Shown piece after piece: positions 1 through 26,400 of a stretch of 64,000 nucleotides of DNA (positions are counted from its first letter, which is position 1; the number at the start of each line of letters is the position of its first letter). The notes beneath the pieces are model-generated. The model was not told where the DNA came from. It saw only the letters and a list, made by a program, of their open reading frames with translations, and made no database searches. The stretch spans positions 12,635,190-12,699,189 of the forward strand of contig NC_085846.1 in assembly GCF_035594765.1 (NCBI RefSeq). The letters are read 5' to 3'. Both the position numbers and the translations under genes were made by a program. The DNA is from Anolis carolinensis. Taxonomy: Eukaryota.

Positions 1-21
1 CCAACTTACAAATGACTCATA

Positions 22-278
22 ATTTTTTTTATTATGTCAGAAGCAACTTGTGAACACATTGCAAGTCACTTCTGGTGTGAGAAAATTGGCTGTCTACAGA
101 GATGTTGCCCCTGGGATGCCTGGATATGTTAGCTGGGAGGCTTCTCTCATGTCCCTGCAAGCTAGAGCTGACAGACGGGAGCTCACACCATTTCATGGAT
201 TCGAACCGCCAACCTTCAGGTCAGCAACTCAACCCTCAGGTCAGCAGTTCAGCCGGCACAAGGGTTCAGCCAACACCA
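22..278 (-). mobile_element. Short tRNA-derived A-tailed SINE (family also at 2333-2541 +, 27687-27951 -, 30938-31189 -, 54093-54432 +)
   Basis: Shared GGTTCGAATCC, GTGAGCTCCC.TCTGTCAGCTCTAGC, CCAATT.TCTCACACCAGAAG and oligo-A end. Confidence 0.8.
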
Positions 279-759
279 GAGAATTCAAAAGGCCCTGCCC
301 TAAACTACATTTCCCAGACTGCATTGGCATCAGAAAGCACCAATCAGGATAGTCGAGAGAGAGAGAGGTCTGTCCCTCCCTAAAACTTTGAAAACTCACC
401 AAAACTCCGTGGATAAGTGAAACATTCTGAAATTTGGTGGGCTAACAGTGGTAAATGTGTTCTACCATTGCAGCAAGTTTCACCCCAATAGCTTTAAAAA
501 TGAGGGAGATAGTAGCCCCGGACTTTTCCCCAATTATAGTCATTTAATTATGCACAATTACTATAATGAAATAGTAACGAAATTTAATTATTTTAATTAT
601 AGTAACAAATTTTTCACTAAGAATGCTTTAGTAACTAGAAATGAAGCAACAGTGCCGCCAAGTTTTGTAATGGCTTTTGAACCATTTTTAAAATGGATCG
701 CACATCCCTAGTGCTTTCATATTGTTCTTCAGATGCATCTGACATCTTTATATTAATTT

Positions 760-1170
760 TAACATTGTTCTTCTGTGTGTTGTTTCTACTTAGTTATTAC
801 ACGAGTTCCCTTGCTGGTCTTAGAGCATCCCCACTCTTGGTTCAAATTTCCCTTTGATTTGCAGGCTCTTATGGAAGAGTTCTCTTGTTCTTTTTTACTG
901 TCCATCTCCATTTCTCTGCATTCATTATTATAGATGTTTATTTTGTCCCTGAGCACAAGTCATTGAGCGATTGCATTCTGGATTCTGGTTCTATTTCCAT
1001 CACCTTTTACTCTTGCTTCTTTTCTTTCCTTGATTGCTTAAAGAGTTTCATCTGTCATCCTGTGAAGCTTATCTTTCCTTTTGGCGACAGACAATATCTT
1101 TCTGCATTCTTCCCTGACAATGTCCCTGGCTTCAGTCCAGAGTATATCTTAGACTTAATAGCAGTTGTTT
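760..1170 (-). mobile_element. Degraded RTE/BovB-like ORF fragment
   Basis: Minus-strand translation with stops and shifts: LWTEARDIVREEC..EARVKGD..RDK..C.EME...TRELF..IKGKF.PRVGML, typical of the BovB inter-domain region. Confidence 0.65.
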
Positions 1171-1499
1171 AGGGATGTTTATCAGGTTGCATTTTGGCAC
1201 AATGATTAGTTTAGTGCGCCTGTAACATATGCAAACTGATGTTTCTTATGATAACTAATACTTTTGTCACATCAAGAACCACATTAATTTCAAGAAACAT
1301 GTATACACAAAGCTGCTTGTTTTTTTACTTCATTTATCTGCTCTATCAAAGTTTTCCCTTTGGAACTGTTAAGTCATTAATTTCATGGCATAGCAGTTTC
1401 TTCTCAACTATTCCCTTTTCTAGGAAGGAAAGAGGAAGGTGCTCTGTCCAGGGAAACCATAGCAAATATGTTTTCGACTCCACGTTTATGTCTTCTTCT

Positions 1500-1823
1500 A
1501 GGTAAAGGTAAAGGTTTTCCCTTGACATTAAGTCCAGTCATGTCCGACTCTTGGGGTTGGTGCTCATCTCCATTTCTAAGCCAAAGAGCCGGCGTTGTCC
1601 ATAGACACCTCCCAGGTCATGTGGCTGGTATGACTGCATGGAGCACTGTTACCTTCCTGCCAGAGTGGTACCTATTGATCTACTCACATTTGCATGTTTT
1701 TGAACTGCTAGGTTGGCAGAAGCTGGGGCTAAGAGTGAGTGCTCACTCTGCTCCCCGGATTTGAACCTGCGACCTTTTGGTCAGCAAGTTCAGCAGCTCA
1801 GTGCTTTAACAAGTTGTGCCACC
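1500..1823 (-). mobile_element. Sauria SINE, near full length
   Basis: tRNA-like head (GGTTCAAATCC B box), body GTGAGTAGATCAATAGGTAC, (ACCTTT)n tail. Confidence 0.9.
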
Positions 1824-3894
1824 TTATTATTCCTATGCGCCACTTCTATTATCCCGAACTTTTCCTCTTTTTCTTACCTCTCTTCCAAAGCATCCCAGTG
1901 CCAGATCAGGGGAGATTTGGCATCTCTGATACAATGCTAAGCCGATTCTTGCATTATTAATTTCCATGGCATGTTGAGTGCTAAATAATGTATCAGCATG
2001 TTAATTACATGGAGGAGAAAGAACAAGAATACAACAGGAGCAAGGTGACGACAGAAAAATTATCCAGACTCAGAGGGAGCCCAACACATAAGCAAAAAGC
2101 TATCATCCATCACATGGAAAGAGACCTTCTGAATCACAGATAAACAATGAGCTGCCATTGGAAGAATTGAAAGAATCCAGGCTCCAGCCAGGGCTGATGT
2201 GAGAACGGACAGTGACAGCCCTATTAAACTAGGTTTGCTCTGTAAGGTATCGGCCTATGTCTTTTTAAACTGTTCAAAAGTTAAGGTATAGGTGTCAAAC
2301 TCACATCAGTCTTATGGTTCCCTTCAAACTATTGCTGACCTGAAGGTTGCCGGTTTGAATCTGCGAGATGGGGTGAGCTCCCATCTGTCAGCTCTAGCTT
2401 GCGGGGGCATGAGAGAAGCTTCTCAGCAGGATGGTACCACATCCAGGCATTCTCGGGCAACGTCTCTGCAGACAGCCAATTCTCTCACACCAGACGCGAC
2501 TTGCAGTGTGTTCTCAAGTCACTTCTAACACGATTAAAAAATTCACATAATGTTATGATTTACATTACAGTGATCAATGTTAATACATTATTGTCAAACA
2601 TTAACTTCAGTGCTAATGTTTCCAAATTTGAAGGTTATTTGGTGCTCAGTTATGCCTACAGATTAATACTGATCATTCTTTCTCAGCTTCATTCATGATA
2701 TAAGCCTTTCTTGCCTCAAGACTGAAGACAACATTCGGTTTCAGCCCCAGACTGGAGACTGTTTCTGGAGGACAACACTTTAAAGCTTGTCAAAGTAGGA
2801 GAAGATTAACCACGCTTGGGACTCTGAACCCAAACATTCAGGAATTCCCAAAGACACATACTCATCAAAAGGAAATGCTGATGTATTAAGTATCATAGTA
2901 TTCTTGGCATGTGTAATCAAGCACCCAGATAGACAAGTGGGAATCTGCCGATAACTTCCACGAAATTAAATGTGTCTTCAGGCACATGATAGGTTTGCCC
3001 GATTGAAAACCAGAAGGGGATTCTATGCTTTAATGGTTCTGTAGAAGAGTAAATTTTAGCAGGTGTTGCTTGTCATATGACCAGGAAAAAACACAGAAGC
3101 TCTCTCCAGATTTCTTTCTTGATTCAAACAGAAGCATGTCCTCTTCCTCGCCTTCTCAATTGTGTTACCCTCCTCCATAGGTTTTCCCGATTGCAAAACC
3201 TCTGGTTCAACCAGCAATTTCAGACATTTCCAAAGTTATTGCTGGTGGTGTTCAAGCTAAAAAGCCACCCATCAGTGTGTACTCATAAAGTATTTTGCTG
3301 ACTATTATTTCGGTTTTTCTGTTGCCTGATTTTCTGCCTTAATTAGGAAAACATATTTTTTGGCTTACACTCCCCAGAATCCCCCAGAAATTGCCTTTTT
3401 TGAATGTCATTTCCCCCCACCTGTGTTTTAAATGTTTCATTGTTTCTTGATTGCTATCACAGTTTTATGGTTTTAATGGTTTTATTCTATTGTTTATGTT
3501 ATTGATTTGATGTTTGATGTTTACATATCTGAGGCATTGAATGTTGCCATTGAGTACGCTGTGAACCGCTTTGAGTCCTCCCCCCCTTCCCCAGGGGTGA
3601 GAAAAGCAGTATATAAATGAAATAAATAAATATATTCTTCACTTTCTGAATTTTATTTTCACATTCATACGATTGCTTGCAGATGGAACTGTTAATAAGT
3701 AATTATGCACCAATCTTTAAGTTAAATGACTGCACACAGTACCATGACTGGAAGTAATGAGCAAACAGCACCCACTGGTGGTGACATTTGTGTAATGTAG
3801 AATATACATCAGAGACCTGAAGTCTATCAGAGGTCTTTTATTCATAGGATTGCTATAAGTCATCAGAGATACGTTTCAAAACCCCCATGGATAC

Positions 3895-4277
3895 CTAGCT
3901 TCTGCCAACCTACCAGTTAGAAAGCATGCAATGTGAGTAGATCAATAGATACCGCCTTGGCAGGAAGGTAAAAGGGTACCCATGCAAATATGCAAAATAT
4001 GCAGGCAACAGATTGGAGAATCTATGGATAACAGGCTCCTAGGCATGGAAAAATGAAACGAGCACCTCTTCATGGCCGGAAGTTAAACATCGTCTCCAGA
4101 CACCAAAGATGAAAAAAGGGGAAGTCCTTTACCTTTACCTCTGTCTGTGTATTATATGTCATTGTGTTCAAAGGCATTGAATATTTGCCTCATATGTGTT
4201 CTGTAATCCACTCTGAGTCCCTCCGGGGAGATAGAGCAGAATATAAATAAAGTGTATTATTATTATTATTATTATTG
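3895..4277 (+). mobile_element. Chimeric SINE: Sauria body, internal ACCTTT tail, then L2-type tail
   Basis: GTGAGTAGATCAATAG body, CCTTTACCTTTACCT at ~4126-4140, then GGCATTGAAT..TCTGAGTCCCTCCGGGGAGA..AATAAA(TTA)n. Confidence 0.75.
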
Positions 4278-4333
4278 TGCATTAACTAGCAACTACCATT
4301 CAAAAAGCATCTTGTTCAAAGACATGTAGACAA

Positions 4334-4884
4334 TAGACATGTCCAAAAAATCGTTTTGAATCGTATATCGGAATTATTTTGGATTGTTCTCGCTTTTTGA
4401 TACGCATTCCGAGACATTGTCTCACAGCGCAACCAGCAATGTAATTCAAACCATTGTTGGACCATTCTCTAATTGTCTCTTAATGTTTTGTTAATTCCCC
4501 CCCCCCCAAAAAAAGTTTTAAAATATATTTTTAAAAATATTTTTTTTTAAAAAATTTTTTGTTTCTGCAACCTACCTTGAATGGGAGCTTAGCGCAGCAT
4601 AAAAGGCTGCCGTTCTCCGGCTAATCAGAAGCTTCCACGATGGATGCAAAGGTGGGGGCTAACGTCCTCTGCATCCACATGGAAGATTGCCATACAAGCC
4701 CGGTGTATAGCGATTGCGCATGCGCGTCCGCCATTTTAGAAACATTTAGAATCATTACGAATTTTCGGAAATATCCAAAATTTTTGGGTGAAAAAATCCG
4801 AAATACTTTCTATATCGAAGCGCCAGCACCCCCTACTTTAGAAACGAGAATTGAAACATTTTTTTCATTGATCGGACAAGCCTA
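4334..4884. mobile_element. CpG-rich non-autonomous hAT element
   Basis: Imperfect TIR TAGACATGTCC / GGACAAGCCTA with perfect 8-bp TSD GTAGACAA (4326-4333, 4885-4892); a related end GATCGCACATCCCTA occurs near 709. Confidence 0.8.
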
Positions 4885-5535
4885 GTAGACAAAGAATGTA
4901 TTTCCTTTAAAAAAAAAATTAAACCAGAAATCAGAGCGGGTGGAGTTGTTCTCAAATCATGGTGAAACAAGGGGCTGTTCCATCTTACTTTGGGAGAAAT
5001 GTTTAATTAACCCTACCTAGTGCTAGTCAGAAGATAGATGCAGTGCAGAGGGCGAGCACTGGTACCACAAGGAGGAAGTTCAGTAAATAAATCCATAGAC
5101 ACACAAACCAGAGTCATTGCAAGCTGCAACAACAAAGCTAAGTTTACTGCTGGCTCTTCTAGGTCAGCTGGTGACTTGCACACAGTCATGTTTTCTTACC
5201 CAGAGCTGAACCCCCTAAAACAGTGTTTCTCAAACTGTGTTCCTCTAGGTGTTTTGGGCTTCAGCTCCCAGAAATCCCAGCCAGCTTCCCAGCTGTGGGA
5301 ATTATGGAAGCTGAAGTCCAAAACATCTGGAGGAGCAAATTAAAGACTCAGCTCCTTCTGCCTCCAAGATCTGGAGATGGAGCTTGAAGGAATAAAGTTG
5401 AGTTGATCAGAACCTGATAAGGATTTTTGATGCACTGAAAGAAATGCCAAGCTGGACTCATGGCTCAGAAAGGAGGCCTGAGAAACATGGGGAAGATCTA
5501 ATCCCTTTCTTGGTCATACTGATATCTTAATCTTT

Positions 5536-5680
5536 GGCCCCTTCCACACAGGTGTGTACAATCCCGCATTATCTGAACTGGGATATATGGCAATGTGGAC
5601 TCAGATACTCCAGTTCAAAATAGATGTTGTGGGTTATTCTGCCTTGATATTCTGGGTTACACGGCTGTGAGGAAGGGCCC
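5536..5680. mobile_element. PIF/Harbinger-like MITE (cluster also at 8660-9006)
   Basis: GGCCCCTTCCACACAG / CTGTGAGGAAGGGCCC TIRs; superfamily is an inference from GGGCC termini. Confidence 0.65.
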
Positions 5681-6012
5681 TTTGTTTCACCTGAAGATCC
5701 TAAGAAGGGAGCCAAACTGACAGAACTGGCCATAATGGGCAAAGGTTTGTGAAAATGCTTTCGGGCACTATTTTCTTAATTATGACAGACAACCTGGAAG
5801 CTTCCTATGTTTAAGGGACCTGAGTGTGGTGGAGCATAATTCAAACTTGAATTCACCTTAACATCTGTTTGATCTATGCCTATCTATCTAGACCAGGCAT
5901 GGACAAACTTCAGCCCTCCAGGTGTTTTGGACTTCAACTCCCACAATTCCTAACAGCCTCAGGCCCTTTCCTTTTCCATGGGCCAACATTGGCCCATGCC
6001 TGGTCTAGACTA

Positions 6013-6331
6013 CAGTAGAGTCTCAGTTATCCAAGCTAAACGGGACAGCAGAAGCTTGGATAAGCAAATATCTTGGATAATGAGGGATTAAGGAAAAGCC
6101 TATTAAACATCAAATTAGGTTATGATTTTACAAATTAAGCATCAAAACATCATGTTATACATAAATTTGACAGAAAAAGTAGTTCAATACGCAGTCATGT
6201 TATGTTGTAATTACTGTATTTACGAATTTAGCAGCAAAATATCACGATATATTGAAAACATTGACTACAAGAATTGCTTGGATAATCCAGAAGCTTGGAT
6301 AAGTGAAGCTTGGATAAGTGAGACTCTGCTG
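6013..6331. mobile_element. Tc1/mariner MITE
   Basis: TIR CAGTAGAGTCTCA.TTATCCAAG flanked by TA; partial copy at 13070-13137. Confidence 0.85.
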
Positions 6332-6657
6332 TAGTTAACTTACGGCTAATTTCTTCCCCTAAGGTTAGCTTTAACAGGAAGACCTTATACTGGCACCATG
6401 AGAAGAACATGTGAGCATGTGTAGGCTAAAAACCAACGCTTCTCTGATCATAGAGTGATTGTAAGTGGTCTACCTGTTAATGCCTATTACACAACTACTC
6501 ATAGGCAGTTGATGTCCGCTGAAAAGGAAGTGTCCACTTAAACTAGGATTAACAGAAATTGCTCCCTCTGACACCACCCTGTGCCCTCCTTTCCCCACCT
6601 AAACCTTCGTGTTACGTACACCACAAGTTAATCGTACACCCAACTGGTCCCGACTGA

Positions 6658-6671
6658 GTTTGTCATTAACC
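6658..6671 (-). promoter_or_regulatory. Candidate HNF1 site in the SLC5A2 proximal promoter
   Basis: Reverse complement GGTTAATGACAAAC matches GGTTAATNATTAAC at 12/14 positions, about 85 nt upstream of the ATG; mammalian SGLT2 is an HNF1A target. Confidence 0.6.
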
Positions 6672-6755
6672 CACCGGTGCCTACGTGCCTCTGCTCTTGA
6701 GGAGCAGGACCACAGAACTCCTTGACTATAGAGAAGATTCGGACTTGGAGGAACC

Positions 6756-21563
<14,808 letters not shown>

Positions 21564-22136
21564 GTACCACCCGTTGTGGTATCTCATCATAAACTATGAT
21601 CCCTTCCCAACAATTCTTCTGGCATATTGCAGACTTCAGCCTTCAGGGGACTGTGGAGGTCCCAACATAAACTGTGACTTCCCATGATTTACAGATAGAG
21701 CATTGGATAGAGATGATCAAGGTTCAAGTCTCCACTCTGGCACAAAACTCACTGGGTTATCCTGTCTCCCTTCTAAATCTGGCCTACCTCACAGGGTTAT
21801 TGTTACCATAAAATGAAAAGGAAGAGTCCCATGTACTTGACCTTTTCAGAAGAGATGCAGAAAAATAAAGGCAACTAATACAAGCAATAATAAAATTATA
21901 ACTGGAATCAAAGTGCACTGGATTAGCTGATGTCCACAACATGAAATAATCTAAGGAGAAACTTTTACTTATGACACCTAGGCCAAAGTGTGTCATTATT
22001 CATTCTAAGGGTGTAAGTGCTCTATTTTAATGCTTTTTAAAGTTCCCATATGTCACCACCTAATCATCTGATCCAAAGCTGTTATGCCATTCTTTTTTAT
22101 ATGAATTCCCGGATTTCCATTCCTGAATCACATGAC

Positions 22137-22142
22137 AATAAA
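22137..22142 (+). terminator. Candidate SLC5A2 polyadenylation signal
   Basis: AATAAA followed by GT/T-rich sequence about 575 nt after the stop; further AATAAA near 21864 and 21889. Confidence 0.4.
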
Positions 22143-22574
22143 AATGCTGTCATTTGTTCAGTACTTTACAGAATGCTTCAATGCAGTTCCTTGAATAATA
22201 CAGTGATATAAAAATGCATGTATCAGGGGGAAATGCCAATTTTATAAAAGAGCATTATATTAAAAGCACCATATCTGTAATCTATGGCAAAAAAATATAG
22301 GATATAAAGACAGTAACAAACATAGCAGGAAAATGTGCACAGAATTTTTCATGTGGGCTTTGAGTAAATAATTCTATGCTTAAGGGAAATGGAACAGAAT
22401 GAATAATTGCAATCTGGGAGAAAGTTATATTGATCCTTTAATGCTACAGGCAAGCCACCCAAACAATACTGTGGAAGAGATAAACCAACCAAAGTTACTA
22501 GCATTGGGATTGCAAATGTCATATCCAGACTTTTACGAACTCTAGTACTTCATGTAATGATATCTGCACTGAGA

Positions 22575-23152
22575 TGCTGAGTTTTCTAGGCTGTATGGCC
22601 ATGTTCCAGAAGCATTCTCTCCTGACGTTTGCCCACATCTATGGCAGGCATCCTCAAAAGCTGTTGGAAACTAAGGAAATTGGGTTTGAATATCTGTGGA
22701 ATGTCCAGGATGGGAGAAAGAACTCTTGTCTGCTTGAGGTAAGTGTGAATGTTGCAATTGGCCACCTTGATTAGCACTGAATGGCCTTTCAGCTTCAAAG
22801 CTTGTCTCCTTCCTGCCTAGGGAATCCTTTGTTGGGATGTGTTAGCTGGCCCTGATCGTTTCATGCCTGGAATTCCTGTTTTCTGAGTGTTGTTCTTTAT
22901 TTACTGTCCTGGTTTTAGAGTTTTTAATACTGCTAGCCACATTTTGTTCATTTTCATGGTTTCCTCCTTTCTGTTGAAATTGTCCACATTTGGCCAGCTA
23001 ACACCTCACTTGCCTAGTTTCCAAGAGACCTCACAACCTCTGAGGATGCCTGCCATAGAAGTGAGCTAAACATCAGGAGAGAATGCTTCTGGAACATGGC
23101 CATACAGCCTGGAAAACTCACAGGAACCCAGTGATTCTGGCCATGAAAGCCG
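22575..23152. mobile_element. Penelope-like element, inverted pair of 3' ends
   Basis: Minus strand 22990-22920 encodes VDNFNRKEETMKMNKMWLAVLK (GIY-YIG ORF end); hammerhead-like cores in both arms; TATCTGCAC repeated at 22561-22569 and 23162-23170. Confidence 0.85.
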
Positions 23153-23407
23153 ATAATATGTTATCTGCACCGTCTTGAAAGACCTCATATAAAATCTATA
23201 TAAAATGTTTGTTTTTTTTCTGCCCTGCTAGCAAATCACATTCTTTGAGAAAGAGGGAGCACGTACACAGTCTGCACCTTACCTCCCTTTTGGCATTACA
23301 GTTTAGCCCCGCTCTAAAGAGGCGAAGACAGACTCAGCGCCAACCATCCAGTCTCGGTTTGAACAAGCCATAGCTTTGATACTCCAATGTCCAACAGTCT
23401 CCTAGAG

Positions 23408-26400
23408 TCAAAATGCTTTCTTCCCAGCAACGGTCCAATCCACGCGCCACTCTTCTGGGCCCAAAAGGTTCCGCTCTGTCACCCATCCTGCTGCCATCAA
23501 ACCTTAAAAGACATAAATGGATGGAAAATGAAAGAACAAGAGTGTGGTATCTCCAAATAGAACATCTTGATCGGGCCTGGCCAAACATTGGATCTCCAGG
23601 GGTTTTGGGCTGCAACTCCCACCATTCCTAACAGCCTCATGCTCCTTCCTTTTCCCCCTCAGCCGCTTAAGCCTTGGAGGTGTCTACGGACAATGCCGGC
23701 TCTTCGGCTTTGAAATGGAGATGAGCACCAACCCCGAGTCAGACATAACTAGACTTAATGTCAGGGGGTAATCTTTACCTTTACCTTAGATGCCAACTTG
23801 TTCGATTTGCCTAACACACTCATGTAGTGAAATCTGATTATGGATCCAAATGTTTAAAGTAAATGGTCTCAGTATTTACACCTACATGACATACCTGCCA
23901 GAAATTTAGGAAATATCCTGTCCAGTATCCTATGTGTCTCGGAAACCACACCACAATGCTTGCTCTTCGATCCTGGATGGTACAAAAAGGAAAAAAAGAT
24001 GGACTATCCTGCAGGATCACCCAATGCACTGTCATCTACTTGGTTTAGGAAGTGCTCTCCCATGCCTGTTCTGCGTCCTACAGGTTTCTATGTATCTTCC
24101 CATTCATACTACCTATGTGCCCCATATTAGGACTTCCCCAGATGCACTTCTGGGTTCATCACCTTCACGTAGCTGCTTCTGCACAGCCAAGAGGGATTCT
24201 TTTTCCAAGACCAGCGAGGCCACATCCCAGGACAGCAGGGCTTCCAGGAGAAGGGCATGGCTGCAGGCTTTAATCACATCCACACTCCTTCTCTGTTGGT
24301 GAAGGAGGATGGAGACAGTCCCTGTGGAAGACGACCAAGGGACATAGATGGTGATGGAAAAGTCAACTAGAAAATACATCAAGAGAACCACTGACCGCAT
24401 AGGAAAGCTGATGAAGAAACACCATGAAAACAGAGGAATCCCAGGTATATATATCAATCAGCTAACACCTCCCAACAAATTATTCCCCCAGGCAGAAAGA
24501 AGCCAGGCTGTGAAGCTGGTAAAGCCATTAATGCTAATCAAGGTGATTAATTTACAGTATGCACACTGGCCTCCAACGGACAAGAGTTCTTTCTCCCACC
24601 TTGGACACTCCACAGATATATAAACCTTCCTTGCTTAGTTTCCAATAGACCTCACACACTCTGAGGATGTGGATAAAACATCAGGACAGACTGCTTCTGG
24701 AACATGGACATACAGCCCAGAAAACTCACAACAACCCAGTGATTCTGGCCATGAAAGCCTTCGACAACACATTCAACTAGAAAATGTTTCTCAGAGCTTG
24801 CAATTTTTGCTTTTGTTTTGTTTTGCACTATGATTTTATGAACCCATCAGCTAGCTGCTTTGAGTCTCCTTTAAGAGAGAAAACTGGGATATAATAAAAA
24901 TAATAAATAACAATAACAACAAGCCATCAGTATTTTTTAATTCAAAGAAGAAAACTGTCTTTCAGCTCCTAGATGCAGTCGCAGAAAACCATTGATTTCA
25001 AAACACCTTTGGAAAATCCCTTAATGCCGATGCAAGAAATTGTTACAAACTGTCCCCAGAAAGGGAGAATATTATGTTCTGATTAAAAGAAGCAGATATT
25101 GATGATGGGTGATGGAAGGCTACCCCCAAAAACATTGGTTAGGTTCAGCACCCTTGTACTCCAGTCTCAAGAGTGTGGTTGAGTCTTCTTCCCTGGAAGC
25201 TTTTACAGAAGCCGGTTTGCCATCTGTCAGGAGTGCTTTGATTGTGTATTCTTGCATAGCAGAATGGGGTTGGACTGGATGGCCCTTGGGATCTCTTCCA
25301 ACTATGATTGCATTCTATTTTATAGTATTCTAGCCCTGTGCCAAATTTGATACAAACCCTCACCCTCTTTCCACATTCCCAAAATGTCTTGCCACCTAAA
25401 CACTTCTTACACATCACTTTCTCATATACCCACCTGCTGCTTGGTTGAAGAAGATTAAGTACTTTGTGGAATTCCCTTCCAGAGCTCTCTGGAATTCAGC
25501 AACACTGTTAGGGATTGAAGGAAAATGTATGAAAGCCATGAATGAAGGAGGTGCTCCAAAGGTGACGTGGGAATTGCAAACTAAATGGGTAATATTCCAA
25601 CTCCTCTGCTTTTGTCATGAAGTCAGCATGGTATCAAAGTCTGAGCATTGGGACAGGATTCAAATCCCTATTTGGCTATGGTGACCTCGGGCAAGTCACA
25701 CACTCACAGCCTCAGAGGAGGGCAACCCCCCCTTCTGAAAAAGTTTTGCCAAGAAAACCCTGCAATAGGTTCGCTTTAGGGTTACCAGAAGCTGGAAATG
25801 ACTTGAAGACAAACAACAACAACAATCACATCTATAAATGTCCCATTTAATAGAATATTACTATTATTTACTTTTAAAAATATCAGTAAACACCTTCCCA
25901 GGGAAAACAAATAAGTTAACAATTTCATTTTTTTTAAACTGGGTACATATACACAGGCCTTTGTAAACAAATCAAACATTGTTGGGTTGAAAGGGATTTC
26001 AAAGTCATCTAGTCCAAACCCTTGCTAACACTTGAACCACATTTATTCAACCTCTGCCTTAGGGCATCCAACAAATGCACATATATGCACAATCATATAG
26101 GGTGGTATGTTGGGAAGGCAAGGAACGAGTTGCAACTCACTTGGAAGTTACTGAGTGAAGTGGAGCTCCGAGAGTCATCTTGAGTTGATGTCTGAACCCT
26201 AGTCAAGAGAGATACATTCAAGGTTTCTATGTGCACAACTCTTATGCTCAAAGTATAGCAACTGACAGATTTTGGGATTTGACAGAAGCCCTATTACATA
26301 TGTGACATATGCAATGTAGTGTTTACACCAGAGGTAGAAACAGTGCAGTTCAACGGATCAAATATACCCAGAAACATAACTAACATTTAAGGTGCCAAAA

